64,000 nt of DNA from the NCBI GenBank assembly GCA_951406725.2, contig OX597819.1:24738001-24802000 (forward strand), written 5' to 3'. Below, one piece after another: positions 1 through 14,315 of the stretch. Every line of letters starts with the position of its first letter. Positions within the stretch are counted from its first letter, which is position 1. The notes beneath the pieces are model-generated. The model did not search any database and was not told the origin of the DNA. It saw only the letters and a list, made by a program, of their open reading frames with translations. Source of the DNA: Octopus vulgaris. Taxonomy: Eukaryota. A program made the translations under genes and the position numbers.

Positions 1-313
1 ATCAAAACATCTGTCTAGAATAAACATAACTGGCCAGCTATTGCTGTTTGGGACAAAAAATAGTATGTACATCACAGAAGTTAGCCGTCCTACTGATGAA
101 AATCAAAGGAAAAGAAGATAAATATGAACAACTACTTCGAAACCTCCAGCTCCTATATCCAGATTATATATTCACATTTATCCCAACAATAATTGGTGCA
201 TTTGGTTTTGCGAAGAATTTCTAAGTGGCACTCCGAATAAGCTAGGGTTTTCAGAAAAAGAAATCAATCAACCGTAAAAATATGTAAAAAATTTTCGTGG
301 GTTTAAAATGTGA
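1..313 (+). mobile_element. Decayed 3' end of an R4/Dong-like non-LTR retrotransposon (restriction-like endonuclease domain)
   Basis: Manual translation across stops and frameshifts gives KHNWPAIAVWDKK..YITEVSRPTDEN..KEDKYEQLLRNLQLLYPDYIFTFIPTIIGAFG. This fits the RLE pattern (R/K)PD..I.E....D...K..KY....P..IG..G. Confidence 0.65.
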
Positions 314-410
314 GATTGCTTTTGCTATCTACATTTCAAAGATGGATCTTTGTATCTTTGTTAGAAACCAGTTTCTTCAGAAGAATTTAAAAATACTTAA
401 AAACAAAAGA

Positions 411-507
<97 letters not shown>

Positions 508-1335
508 CAGACATACATATTTAATCCATAGCAGTAAGTTCAACATAATATATTTTGTTTCTCCCTAGGGCTTCGCCAGGCTATGAATACAAAGAGAATG
601 GGGAAAGGGAGAGGCGAAGAAGGTGGAGGGAGAGAGGGGTGGGAGAAAGAGATCCGTAGAAAGAGAAGCGAGCGTTTTCGAGGAATAAAGAATAATTTTA
701 AGAATGTGATCCCAGCATTAGTGAAAGCCATCTTAGAAGGTCTGCAGAACCAAAGAAATTTTACTGAACACCATATAAGACAGTTCTGCTACCTATCAAC
801 TCTGCAGCATATAGTATACAATTACATATTGCAGAACATTATGCAGCAATTGTTGCTTGTAGATAATATATAATTGCACATAACTGCATAATCTGTTTAT
901 ATATATATATAATCAGATTATGTAATTGCAGTCTGCAAACGATAGCTGTTTAGCATCATATCGTCATATTACAGTTGCTGAACGAATAAGATGCATGCAG
1001 ACAGTATCATGAACAGAGGAAAATATAATAGGGAGTATGAGTAGGAATAGCAGTAAGAATAGGCGTAGTTGACAAAAACTATTAATACTCGCCAGAATGA
1101 CACAAGCAGTTCAATTGACAGTAACGCAACATGTGACAGTGATATAAACCAGTGTTTTTCTGTTCTTGCTCCGGGTGAGAGGTGTTTGAAAGAGGACATA
1201 AGAACTGTTATGCTTAAATAAAAAGAGACGATTTTAAATATTTTAGAATTGCCCAATGATGAAAACAGAAAAACTATATAGATTCGTATTCCTAATTAAT
1301 TTTTTTTTTTTTTTCCATATTTTTAAAAAGTGGGT

Positions 1336-1545
1336 GAAGGCAGCGAGCTGCCAGAATCGTGAGTACGCCGGGCAAAATGCTTCGCGACATTTTGTCTGCC
1401 TTTACGGTCTGAGTTCCAATTCTGCCGGGTCAGTTTTGCCTTCCGTCTTTTCGAAGTCGATAAAATTAGTACCACTTGAGCAATGGGATCGATGTAATCT
1501 TCAGCTCCGTAATAGCTGGCCGGGTGCCGAAATTTGAAACCATTA
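1336..1545 (+). mobile_element. tRNA-derived SINE family B, diverged copy
   Basis: Head aaggcagcgagctg, B-box-like gagttccaattc, and a degenerate core matching ttgcctttcatcctttcggggtcgataaattaagtacc seen in 10 or more other copies in the window. Confidence 0.7.
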
Positions 1546-1912
1546 TTAAAGAGTGGGTGGCGATTTTTAATAATTTCCTTTTCGTTTTTTTTTTTTTTTT
1601 TGTTTCCAGCTTGTAAACCTTTGACATAGAGGATAAGGGTGCTGTTATTCATAATTGCGAAATAAAGAACCCCTATTTCGAATCTAGTGCAGCGTTATAT
1701 AAATATCCTGGAATAAGATTTTTGGTGCTTGGAGATCAAATTAATCGAAAAGTAATAGAAATGCAAAACACTTCATTTCACACGGTTCCAGTCCACTCAG
1801 CTGGTAAAAATTAGTACTCCTACGATGGACCAGTGTCCCGTCCAGGGAAGAGTATACGCTGGAGAAACCGAGAAACCAGTCCCATGCTCTTTATGAAGTA
1901 ATGTTGACTAAC

Positions 1913-2073
1913 CAGGAGTGGCTGGGTGGTAAGTAGCTTGCTAACCAACTACATGGTTCCGGGTTCAGTCCCACTGCGTGGCGTCTTGGGCAAGTGTCTT
2001 CTGCTATAGCCCCGGGCCGACCAATGCCTTGTGAGTGGATTTGGTAGATGGAAACTGAAAGAAGCCTGTCGTA

Positions 2074-2138
<65 letters not shown>

Positions 2139-2348
2139 TTGTGTGTCTGTGTTTGTCCCCCTAGCGTTGCTTGACAACCGATGCTGGTGTGTTTACATCC
2201 CCGTCACTTAGCGGTTCGGCAAAAAGAAACCGATAGAATAAGTTCTGGGCTTACAAAGAATAAGTCCCGGGGTCGATTTGCTCGACTAAAGGCGGTGCTC
2301 CAGCATGGCCGCAGTCAAATGACTGAAACAAGTAAAAGAGAAAGAGTA
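1913..2348 (+). mobile_element. tRNA-derived SINE family A, full length
   Basis: Head with A box (tggctgggtggt) and B box (ggttcagtccc), internal (TA)n/(TG)n, 3' end ggcggtgctccagcatggccgcagtcaaatgactgaaac and GTAAAAGA tail. Near-identical copies occur across the window. Confidence 0.9.
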
Positions 2349-2544
2349 ACCTTCCAGGGATATCGCAGGATTTGAACTCAGCACGCAAAGAGTAGAACAA
2401 ATACCCTTGATCATCTGATCCAATAATCGTACAGTTCCGCAATCCACTACCCTCGATTGGTACTTAGTTTTTATTTTTCTATTTTTTCCCAACTCCAAAA
2501 GGTTGAAAGGCAAAGTTAACCTCGGTTGAATTTGAAATCAACTG

Positions 2545-2875
2545 GCCCTCCGTTGGTTACGACGACGGCAAGTGTTCCAGTTGATCCGATCAACGGAACA
2601 GCGTACTCGTGAAATTAACGTGCAGCGAACTCCACAGCGCACTGCAAAGACACGTGTACCCTTAACGTAGTTCTCAAGGACACAGAATATGTGACACAGA
2701 ATGTGTCATGGCTGACCCTTTGAAATATAGGTATTATTCATTTTTGCGAGCTGAGTGGACTGGAGCAACGTAAAATAAAGTATTTTGCTCGAGACACAAC
2801 ACGCTACCGGGAATTGAACTCACGACTGTATGACTCTGAACCGAATACCCTAACTACAAAGCTACGAGCCTTCAC
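2545..2875 (-). mobile_element. Old SINE related to family C
   Basis: ttgatccgatcaacggaacagc..cgtgaaattaacgtgc and gacacgtgtacccttaacgtagttctc match the reverse complement of family C. Confidence 0.65.
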
Positions 2876-3145
2876 AATTTGAAATCAGGAAGTACAGTGT
2901 TGAAACAAGTACCGCGGGGCATTCTGCCAGATGCGCTAACAACTCTACCAATTCACTGCCTTTGGTCACAACACCTACTCACATTTTCTACTCGGACAAT
3001 GTCAGAAGAATCCCACCCTAAAGGACAGATGGTCGTTACTTCCGGGTGAGTATGATTTGGTGTCGCATAACATGGTTTCAATAACAGTTTTAGGTGCCGA
3101 TGTAGTCGCGAACAGACACAGAAACTCTAATGGACCTCCCAGTAA

Positions 3146-3372
3146 TACTCTCTTTTACTCTTTACTCTTTTACTTGTTTCAGTCATTTGACTGCGGCCAT
3201 GCTGGGGCACCGCCTTTAGTCGAGCAACTCGACCCCCGGACTTATTCTTTGTAAGCCCAGTACTTATTCTCTATCGGTCTCTTTTGCCGAGCCGCTAAGT
3301 GACGGGGACGTAAACACACCAGCATCGGTTGTCAAGCAATGCTAGAGGGACAAACACATCACACAAACATAT

Positions 3373-3419
<47 letters not shown>

Positions 3420-3594
3420 TATACATATATACGACAGGCTTCTTTCAGTTTCCGTCTACCAAATCCACTCACATGGCTTTGGTCGGCCCGAGGCTATAGC
3501 AGAAGACAATTGCCCAAGATGCCACGCAGTGGGACTTAACCCAGAACCATGTGGCTGGTTAGCAAGCTACTTACCACACAGCTACTCCTGCGCC
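3146..3594 (-). mobile_element. SINE family A, full length
   Basis: Reverse complement of the 1913-2348 element over its whole length. Confidence 0.9.
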
Positions 3595-4908
3595 TATGTT
3601 TACTTTAAGCACCTTTTTGGTCCTACGTCTTAGCGGTTTGGCAATTGGATATCGATACAAGAAAGCACGAGACTGAAACAAAAGCGGGAAGCAGTGGTGG
3701 TGGTGGTGGTGGTGGTGGTGATAGGGGTCAATATGATCAAATAAAACCCTTGGAAGCGGTGACTCAATATAGCCACAGTCAAGTGAAAGAAACTAGTAAA
3801 AGAATAAAAAGAATGTGTGAGTTTGGTGTGTGCGTGTCTGTGTGTGTGTTTGCGCGCGTATGTGCCTGTGTGTATGTATGTATATATGAGTATATATGTA
3901 TATGTGAGCGGAGGGAGTGAGAAAGAAGAAAGAAACCTTTTTTTTTTTATTTCCTCCCCATATGAGGTAGTTTTTTAGGTCATCACCACAAAACATTTAC
4001 AAACGTCTTCTTTCGTTGTAAAATTCCTAATTCTCTTGTTACAAAAAAAAAAAACAAAGATGGGGGCAGGGAAAAAAAGTAATAAATTGGTTCTTTCCTT
4101 CCCGCCGTGTGATGGATGATTACAAAATAACTTTATTATGATCATCATAATCAACACAAGATCGACTACAACATTATTCCATTGTTCTTTCTTTTTGCTG
4201 TTTCTAATGATACACAATCAATGGCAGGCTACGTTGAAATTGTTTATAGTTTGGTTGTGGAAATATGTAAAGAAAGAATTTATTGAATGAATGAGTGAGT
4301 GAGTGAATGAATGAGTGTAACTGCTGTTGAAGTTGTACAGCCGAAGGTCAGCCCAGGCTGTATACGTATATAGACCTCTCATCAAAGACATTCCAGAAGC
4401 AACAATCGTTTCAAATGTTGGCTCAAGGCCAGTAATTTTAGACGGTTATATGGACTCCAGTACTCGACTGGCACTTTGATTTTATTGACTCCCGAAAGGG
4501 TGTAAGGCAAAGTTCACCTTGGTGGTACTTGAACTGAGAACGTAAAGAGCCGTAAGAAACACCGTTAAGTATTTTATCCGACGAGCTAACGATTCTGCCA
4601 GCTCACCGCCTAAATAATCCTTTCCATTATTGGTAGAAGGCCAAAAAGATTAAAGACGACCTCGGTGGAATTTGAACCCAGAATGTAAAGACAGACGACG
4701 AAATGCCGCTAAGCATTTTGCCCGGTGTGCTAACGGCTCTGCCAACTTGCTGTTTTAACGATCTACTATAATAATACTCTTGTGTTTTACTCCGCCACAA
4801 CATATGAAAGAGAAAGGAAGGGATGATAGATGAAAAAGGAAGGAAGGGGTGATGGCAAACTTGTAGTGGGATTATGGAAATTCTACAGTGAAAAAAAGTC
4901 AAACACCG

Positions 4909-4958
4909 TTTCAACTCTGTGTGAATATATGTGTGTGTGTGTGTGTGTGTGCATGTGA

Positions 4959-5008
<50 letters not shown>

Positions 5009-5117
5009 AATGGAAGTTGGATGCTGAACATTCAACGCTTCAATGCTGAAAAGAAAACTCAAACAGCGTTTCAACTCTGTGAATATATGTGTGTGTATAT
5101 AAAAGTGAGACATGTGA

Positions 5118-5192
<75 letters not shown>

Positions 5193-5290
5193 TGTGTGTG
5201 TGTGTGTGTTTGTGCAATGGACGTGGGATGCCGAACATTCAACACTTCAATGCTGAAAAGAAAACTCAAACAGAGTTTCAACTCTGTGTG
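4909..5290. repeat. Tandem duplication of a (GT)n-containing unit, about 2.3 copies
   Basis: tttcaactctgtg recurs at about 4909, 5069 and 5276. gcaatgga..aacattcaac..cttcaatgctgaaaagaaaactcaaacag occurs twice. Confidence 0.85.
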
Positions 5291-5461
5291 AGTATATGTG
5301 TGTGCGCGTGTGCAAGGGAAGTATGTGACTGTTTTTATATGTGAACCAGCGTTCTTTCAGTAACAAACGATGATCGATGTCACATCTCAAAATACAACCA
5401 CTAGATAACATTGAGAAATGTATTAATTTGATTTACCATCCCTATTCTATCTTTTGTCCTT

Positions 5462-5856
5462 ATTTATTTATAAAAGTGAAGTTGTGTGTCTGTCTCTTAC
5501 GATTTAGATTCCTAACTACTACCACATTTTGCGGTGCAGTTTAACCAAAACCGGGTATCTTATAGTCGTGATTCATATCGAGCCCTTCTGGGCATTAGCG
5601 CGCGTCTACGATGAGTCTACGATTTAAAAAAAAATTTACCATAATTTTTTTCCATTTTAATGCATTTTTTCGCTATTATATAAGGGAAGTAACTCTCTAA
5701 AAATGTCTACGATGAGTCAACGATTTAAAAAAAATTTACCATCATTTTTCTCCCATTTTTAATGCATTTTTTGCTATTTTTTGGCTATAACTCTCTAAAA
5801 ATGCTTATATAGTTATTTCCCTTACAAACCCGAGCAACGCCGGGCGATACTGCTAG
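5462..5856 (+). mobile_element. Non-autonomous Helitron, variant 1
   Basis: 3' hairpin cccgagcaacgccggg, then 9 nt, then CTAG|T. Body shared with the 31521, 43181, 59277 and 61776 copies. The 5' TC end is eroded. Confidence 0.85.
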
Positions 5857-6158
5857 TTTATTTATAAAATACTACAAATACCCAACATTCTTGAAGGCAC
5901 GGGGCCAGCCAGGACTTATAATTATTCTTTAAAATTTTGCCATTGCGCCAGTAGTTTGCAGGTGAGGGCGGGGCGGGGCGGAATTAGTCGGTTACATCGA
6001 ACCCAGTGCTCAACTAATACTTTGTTTTATCGACCTCCGAAAGGATTAAAGGTGAAGTTGACTTAGGCAGTATTTGAACTCAGAACATAAAGAACCGGGA
6101 GGAAATGCCGGCGCAAAGCATTTTGTCCGGTGGGCAAAAAAAAAAAGAAAGAAAGAAA

Positions 6159-6589
6159 GGCGCAGGAGTGGCTGTGTGGTAAGTAGCTTGCTAACCAACT
6201 ACATGGTTCCGGGTTCAGTCCACTGCGTGGCATCTTGGGCAAGTGTCTTCTGCTATAGCCCCGGGCTGATCAATGCCTTGTGAGTGGATTTGGTAGGCGG
6301 AAACTGAAAGAAGCCTGTCGTATATATGTATATATATATATATGTATGTGAGTGTATATGTTTGTGTGTCTGTGTTTGTCTCTCTAGCATTGCTTGACAA
6401 CCGGTGCTGGTGTGTTTACGTCCCCGTCACTTAGCGGTTCGGCAAAAGAGACCGTTAGAATAAGTACTGGGCTTACAAAGAATAAGTACCGGGATCGATT
6501 TGCTCGACTAAAGGCGGTGCTCCAGCATGGTCGCAGTCAAATGACTGAAACAAATAAAAGAGTAAAAGAGTAAAAGAGAGTAAAGAGTA
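6159..6589 (+). mobile_element. SINE family A, full length
   Basis: ggcgcaggagtggctgtgtggtaag head through to the gagtaaaa tail. Confidence 0.9.
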
Positions 6590-7444
6590 ATCTCTTGCGC
6601 AGGATTCCACGAAATGTAAAGAAACCTGGAACCGCGGAACTGCGAAGCGAGCGCCTTAACCACAGAGCTATATTTGCGTCCATACACGTGCGAAATGCAT
6701 GAACTTCGTAGGTTCTCATCTTCCATTTGATATTTTAGTCTGTGTGTCTATTTCAGTTGCAACCATTATCACAATGCGCCACAATTTCATATTATTTTAA
6801 CGGTTGTACTAATACCTCCTCACTTAACTGGAATCAAGTTAAATAATTATGTCTGATAATACGAACGAGTTTATTCAATCTAGATAGGGGATGTCAGTTC
6901 TGCCTAAGTGCTGCCTTATCTTTTCTCATCTTCTCAGAATTTGTATTTACAATTCTTAGGTAATTCTAATACTAAGGATCTACAGCAAAAATTCTATTTA
7001 TATATCTTAAAAAGAGAGAGAGAGAGAGCAAAAAAAGCCCGCCAGTCTTGTAAACGTTTATTTGTTTTTTTCTTTATGTTTTATTGTGTTATTTTTTTAA
7101 TGAATCATTAATAGTTAGTAAAAGTGAAATAAATATACGGCAAAAGAAACGAGAGATTATTTGCTCAGTAAATATTTTGTAGAGAGATACTTTAATGAAT
7201 TTACCACATTACGAAACAGTGTGATTATAAAAGAACACAGTTAATGTTACATAAATTAAAAGATTAGCAATTTTAAAGGTTAACATTAAATATGTAAAAT
7301 GTCAGATTTTTATGAAATCTCGTTCTTAACTGAATAGAAAAATTCACTGCAATTAAAAGTAATGATGACCTTGGTGTAGGTTTAAGAGTATGGTTTCAGA
7401 AGAAAAAAAACAATTACGTTTCGCTTTAATTTCTCTCTCTTCCT

Positions 7445-7483
<39 letters not shown>

Positions 7484-8297
7484 ATGCGCCATACCTACAA
7501 CTTACAAGCACTGGCGATTGTGTGGACCCCTAATGCTAAAAGCTGAAGATACATGACTTTTTTTCTTGGGAATATGCAGCTATAGTTTTCCATTGCTTAC
7601 TGTCGGCTTAACTTACAGTTTATTCAGATTGTCTCCTACTCTGTCACCCTTACTTCAGCGGCACAAGGCCTTGTTAATCCTTAGACAGGGAAACTAGTTC
7701 ACAGTTCACGTGCCATCAGAACTTGTACATAAGCCTGTGCGACAGATATTTAGAAGGCCAGTCCCCCTCTGAGTCCTATATGCCTTAGTCATATCGCCAT
7801 TTTCTACTAATTGGTTCATAACTTGGCCCTTGACAGATATGACCACTCCAGGTCGGCGTGGGTTTGTGTGTAGTGACGATGAAAGGGTAACTCTATATTC
7901 CTCCATATCCCATGAACTCCCGAGTTATATTCTCAATACCAGATGCAGTTTTTTTAATATCTTGCCCAGGATAATGTATATTCCGTTTAGAATATAATAC
8001 ATGTTTAGTTTGATATACATGACTTACATTATTTTTACTTCAGTTACTTTAAAATATATTAGTTTACTATCGCTCTAAAAACTACTTTTAACTGAGTCAT
8101 TTGGTGAATTTCTTGGTCTAAGGTGTATTCTTGAGGTACTTTAAGAAAATATTTATATACATAGTTGTGCATACGATTAAGGCTATATATATTGACGTAG
8201 TAAGAAGTATTTATTTTGCGTACTGAGAGAATATATATAAAAGAAAATATAGGCTTGGACTCGGTATTCTTTTATTTCATCTATTACAAGTTTCAGT

Positions 8298-8710
8298 ATG
8301 GATCCGAATGTTGGAAAACAACCAAAAATATTGAAAAGAAATTGGAAGTGTTTCAAAATAAATGTTTACGAAAAATTATGAAGGTCTGCTGGTCGAATAT
8401 GATCTTGAATAACCAATCTACACACCAAGGCTAAGGTGAAACCAATAAGAGAAACTATTGAAGCAAGGAAATGGAAATGGCTGGGTCGAGTTTGTCGCTA
8501 TAAACCGAACCCAATTGTCAGGAGGATCGCTTTGCAATGGGTTCCACAAGGTGAAAGAAGACGTGGCTGACCAAAGGAAACATGGCGGAGAATAATAAAA
8601 AAGCAGAGGGTTAACAATGGAACAAGTTGTCAAGGACGCGTTCAGTGTTACAAAGTGGAATGATCTTGCTGTCGGCTCAAGTCCCACAAGGCACAATGAA
8701 TGAATGAATG
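8298..8710 (+). mobile_element. RTE-clade LINE 3' fragment with (GAAT)n tail
   Basis: [56 protein letters not shown], typical RTE C-terminal motifs. Ends in aatgaatgaatgaatg. Confidence 0.85.
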
Positions 8711-9079
8711 TTTCAGTATTTGGTAATAAATGATGTCACATTATAAATGCAATCTATAGATACACCTTATAAGTACAGCATGCACAATCATATTCATTCA
8801 TGCTGCATTTATGAGATGCATTTATGGATGGCATTCATAGTGTGACATCAGTCTTTTTATATTGTCTTTATACTAAGTTATAACACTCCTCAGACCGCAT
8901 AGAATTCTGTGCGATTATGCACCAGTTGGAGTTTAATGTTACTACCAATAAGATCCGAAACATGAATGGTAAAATTGTCGAGCATTGAGTGCATCCTTTT
9001 CTACATATCTATGTATGTGTGCTTGTGTCGCTAACCACTACACATTCTTTATTTTCTCTCCTTGTTTCTTTCTGTGTTC

Positions 9080-9115
9080 CTTTCTGTGGAAGAGCGTAGG
9101 CTCGAAACGTTAAAG
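9080..9115 (+). ncRNA. Minimal type I hammerhead-like motif, Penelope type (variant core CUGUGGA)
   Basis: cttt-CTGTGGA-a-gagc(gtag)gctc-GAAA-CGTT-aaag. Stem I cttt/aaag, stem II gagc/gctc, palindromic AACGTT in place of stem III. Homologous to 15900 (-). Confidence 0.6.
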
Positions 9116-9198
9116 ACTTTTTTCACTTCCCGAGCGTTATACTAATAAATCTGTTTGCTGTCTACACCACCTGTCTTCGTCTTTTTTTTTGTGAATTC

Positions 9199-9268
<70 letters not shown>

Positions 9269-9278
9269 CTCTCACACC

Positions 9279-9333
9279 GTCTCCGATGAAGGGATATTAT
9301 TATTAATTAATATTCTAGAAACACCTGTACGAC
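9279..9333 (+). ncRNA. Minimal type I hammerhead-like motif (core CCGAUGA)
   Basis: gtct-CCGATGA-a-gggatatt..aatattct-a-GAAA-C(acct)G-TA-cgac. Lies in a 140-bp segment between two (TA)n runs. Homologous to 49838. Confidence 0.6.
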
Positions 9334-9397
9334 CTTCTATCTATAAATGCTCTAATATCTATACAGCCTTGGTTTTTTTTATCTCATTACACAAAAA

Positions 9398-9448
<51 letters not shown>

Positions 9449-9450
<2 letters not shown>

Positions 9451-9838
9451 TGTCGTCGTCGACTTACGACCTATCCAAATTACAATCGATAGATTTTACG
9501 ACGATTGGTGCACTAGCTCCCGGCAGCAATAATAAGTAGTCCGGTTGAAATCGAATGGGTTTAATTTCTTTGTAATTAACCTGTCTATGGATGATGTCAG
9601 CTAACAAATGCTTTCCTGGCTTTGGTTATCGATCGCCACTGTGTTGCGTGACTATTTTGTCACCGAGACATCGTATTTGTTTATATGACGGCTGTTTGGG
9701 TCTACGAAATTTTTTACTAACGCCATGAAAGTGCGTTAAGAATGTAAAAATAATATAAAACAAACCTAGGTAGGTCTATAGGCCGACTTACAACCAGTCA
9801 GTCGGAACCGATTATAGTCGTACGTAGACGACGACCTG
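9449..9838. mobile_element. pogo/Tigger-like MITE
   Basis: TIRs catgtcgtcgtcgacttacgac and gtcgtacgtagacgacgacctg followed by TA. They resemble Tigger-type CAGGT..CTCGACTTACGAC ends. Non-coding interior. Confidence 0.7.
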
Positions 9839-9839
9839 T

Positions 9840-9933
<94 letters not shown>

Positions 9934-9997
9934 ATGTGTGTATGTATGTATGTATATGTGTGTATGTATTGTATGTATATATATATATATATATATA

Positions 9998-10052
<55 letters not shown>

Positions 10053-10060
<8 letters not shown>

Positions 10061-10422
10061 CACCATGTTTCCTTTGGTCAGCCACGTCTTCTTTCACCTT
10101 GTGGAACCCATTGCAAAGCGATCCTCCTGACAATTGGGTTCGGTTTATAGCGACAAACTCGACCCAGCCATTTCCATTTCCTTGCTTCAATAGTTTCTCT
10201 TATTGGTTTCACCTTAGCCTTGGTGTGTAGTTGGTTATTCAAGATCATATTCGGCCAGCAGACCTTCATAATTTTTCGTAAACATTTACTTTGAAACACT
10301 TCCAATTTCTTTTCAATATTTTTGGTTGTTTTCCAACATTCGGATCCATACTGAAACTTATAATAGATGAAATAAAAAAATACCGAGTCCAAGCCTATGT
10401 TTTCTTTTATATATATTGTCTC

Positions 10423-10423
<1 letters not shown>
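10053..10423 (-). mobile_element. Inverted second copy of the RTE fragment plus its upstream flank
   Basis: Near-identical reverse complement of about 8226-8597, bounded by (ATT)n and (TA)n. Confidence 0.85.
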
Positions 10424-11084
<661 letters not shown>

Positions 11085-11429
11085 TACATTTAAACACAAA
11101 AGAAGCAACATTTAACAGACAACTTTACACACTAGAATAAGCAGTCAAAACGACCAAAACCACATTTAAGAGCAATTTCGACACTATTTTATATTTATAA
11201 TGTCTATTGAATTTTATACATGCTAGGCCACTGGAAGTGAAATTTAAAAAAAACTCGCTACCCTATATAATTTACGTATATGATTTTAGCATTTTCATAA
11301 GATTAGTTTGTCATTGTTTTCATTTGTTGCCGACTAAAAGTGCGCCTTCGCGGTGAATTTGAAAAATTATAATATATAATGATGAGACACGTGTTATTTG
11401 TCTTTAAATTATATGCTAATGTTATGACG

Positions 11430-11502
11430 CGGTCACTGATGAGAATTTAGCGTAGCAAATTATTTTATTTGCTAAATTAAATCCGAAATCTATGTATGAC
11501 CG
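11430..11502 (+). ncRNA. Type I hammerhead ribozyme, near-canonical
   Basis: Stem I cggtca/tgaccg (6 bp). Core CTGATGA at 11436-11442. Long stem II gaattta..tagcaaat/atttgcta..taaatcc. GAAA at 11485-11488. Short stem III T(ctat)G. GUA triplet, predicted cut after 11496. Confidence 0.8.
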
Positions 11503-11777
11503 TAAAATATAACAAGATAAAAGTTTTTATTTTCCATTCCCTTTGAAGTTGCTCCTAAATGTGGTTTTGGTCGTTTTGACTGCTCCTTCTAGCGTGTAAA
11601 CCTGCCTGTTAAAGGTCGCTTCTCTTGTGTTTAAATGTACACTATTTTATATTGGTAATATGTTGTCTACTGATTTTTTATACATGCTAAGCCACTAGTA
11701 GTGAAATTTCTAAAAAACACTCGCTACCATATATATTTTATGTATATAGATATGTGTGTGTGTGTGTGCGTGCGCGC

Positions 11778-11809
<32 letters not shown>

Positions 11810-12072
11810 GTTTTTGAAAAGCAGAGTAGATGTTTCGTTTCTGGTTTTTTCGTTGTTCGAAAAAAAGTTAATTTTCTATGTTTTTGTCTTTACGTTTTCG
11901 TTTCTCGTTGTGTTCAACGTTTTTTTTTTGGGGGGGGGTTATGTCCTCTACCCGTATATGCATGTATATAAACATATATATGTAGGTATGTACATATATA
12001 TATTATTTATATATATGCATATATATATTATTTATATTATACATATATATACATATGTATGTATGTATTATG

Positions 12073-12106
<34 letters not shown>

Positions 12107-13073
12107 TACAATGTATATAGCCACGACATTAACCAAACCAGGTACAACTGCAATCCTTCCAACCTTGCAATAACTGTTTTGCTTTAATAATCGTTGAGGA
12201 TTCGTTTTTTACAATCGGTTGTATTCTTTATACCATATCCCTTTACTTTACCTACGACAAGACGTTTTCTTCTGTTGTGAACCATTGCTCTACTTCATCC
12301 ATAATTTTAGTGCCATCTAAATTGGCCATTCATGGTAAAGGGTTAAGTTCATGACATCCCAATTCTTTTTGGAAGCACCTTATATTGTCATCCTCGCGTG
12401 ACACATGATTCCTCAATTTCATCATCGTTTAACCCTTCGTATCATGTGGTCACTTCTTATTGCTAACTCAAAAAACAACTAACACATTGTTTGGGGTTTT
12501 TTTTGTTTTTAGATCACACTATACCATAACGCCGAGGCATTGCTTCCTTATTCCATACAATAACGTTTCAGAACACGAGCTACTTAATAAAACTCACCCT
12601 GTACTTTCCGCTTATTTCGCCATCCAGTAGTCACACTTTTCCCTCGTTTACGCTCTTACATTTTCAGCTGTAACTTGGTGTTGGTTCTCATTGTATTAAC
12701 TCTGCTGCCATCTTTTGATACATTAGCATGGATTCCTAAGATTTGGTTATGCCATCAGCCATAAGGAAATAAAACCGGAAACCCACTCTAAATCTTCAAA
12801 TCTGCGGAAGTAAATCAATTGATATTAAAAAAAAAAATTAAGTATGCAAATATGCATTTTTGTTTAACTTATACATAAAGAATAAGACGGAGAATCTAGT
12901 CAAGAAATATTCCTTGCGGCTGATAGATTGATATGCAGTTTTAGTGCTGGAATATTTTCTGTTATGAACTTGGAAAAGAGATATAAGAAAACACAAACGG
13001 TGAAGTAATCTGAAATTTTGCTTTGGAATGAATTAAGAGAACAGACTTCTAAGAATTGGTACTGGGCTACATT

Positions 13074-13457
13074 GGTGGAGGCGCAATGGCCCAGTGGTTA
13101 GGGCAGCGGACTCGCGGTCGTAGGATCGCGGTTTCGATTCCCAGACCGGGCGTTGTGAGTGTTTATTGAGCGAAAACACCGAAAGCTCCACGAGGCTCCG
13201 GCAGGGATGGTGGTGATCCCTGCTGTACTCTTTCACCACAACTTTCTCTCACTCTTACTTCCTGTTTCTGTTGTACCTGTATTTCAAAGGGCCGGCCTTG
13301 GCACTCTCTGTGTCACGCTGAATATCCCCGAGAACTACGTTAGGGTACACGTGTCTGTGGAGTGCTCAGCCACTTGCACGTTAATTTCACGAGCAGGCTG
13401 TTCCGTTGATCGGATCAACCGGAACCCTCGTCGTTGTAACGGACGGAGTGCATCCAC
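13074..13457 (+). mobile_element. tRNA-derived SINE family C with 13-bp TSD
   Basis: A box tggcccagtggtt, B box ggtttcgattccc. TSD actgggctacatt at 13061-13073 and 13458-13470. Confidence 0.92.
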
Positions 13458-13670
13458 ACTGGGCTACATTTATTCCTTTGGTAGGGAAGGTAGTGGTGGT
13501 GTAGCTGATTACATTGAACTTGATGTTGCGTTGGTACTTATTGTGTCGACCTCGGAAAGATAAAAGTACAAACTCGTCCTCGAAAGGATTTGGATATAGA
13601 ACCTAAACAGAAGAGATCAAAGTCTTAACGATCATTTTTGTCCACCAAATCTTCCAACCACCACCACCTA

Positions 13671-14055
13671 TGGAAGCACTCCGTCGGTTACGACGATGAG
13701 GGTTCCGGTTGATCCGAATCAACGGAACAGCCTGCTCGTGAAATTAACGTGTAAGTGGCTGAGCACTCCACAGACACGTGCACCCTTAACGTACTTCTCG
13801 GGGATATTCAGCGTGACACAGAGAGTGACAAGGCCGGCCCCTTGAAATACAGGTACAACAGAAACAGGAAGTAAGAGTGAGAGAAAGTTATGGTGAAAGA
13901 GTACAGCAGGGATCACCACCATCCCCTGCCGGAGCCTCGTGGAGCGTTTAGGTGTTTCCGCTCAATAAACACTCACAACGCCCGGTCTGGGCATCGAAAC
14001 CGCGATCCTATGACCGCGGGTCCGCTGCCCTAACCACTGGGCCATTGCGCCTCCA
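13671..14055 (-). mobile_element. SINE family C
   Basis: Reverse complement of 13074-13457, with an imperfect ccaaccac.acca duplication on both sides. Confidence 0.9.
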
Positions 14056-14262
14056 CCAACCACTACCATATTAATTTCACATGCTTTTCTTCGGCTCTCG
14101 GCCAAATTTAACATATAATTTATGTCCGTTTCTCTGCTGAAAGTGACAGCCTGCCGCCATGATAATCAGCGAAGGTGGGAAACCCTCCTTCAGAACACTA
14201 CTTCATATTCTCTCTGTGCAACGTTTTCTTGCCTCCACAAAAATTCTATATCTTTCATTTTA

Positions 14263-14265
<3 letters not shown>

Positions 14266-14315
<50 letters not shown>

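Noticed and set aside
93-99. CTGATGA hammerhead-like cores here and at about 35030 (-), 42371, 47520 (-) and 62592 (-)
   Set aside because: No pairing stem II followed by GAAA, NUH and stem I.
12190-12770. Possible very old non-LTR coding remnant on the minus strand
   Set aside because: Only a faint GIWYK-like match; no diagnostic motif could be recovered by eye.
13076-13150. tRNA-like sequence
   Set aside because: It is a SINE head: it continues into the SINE body and has a TSD.
13159-13563. Recurrent MVVIPAVLFHHN.. ORFs, also at 13719, 32245 and 36087
   Set aside because: They lie wholly within SINE family C copies; the recurrence reflects the repeat.
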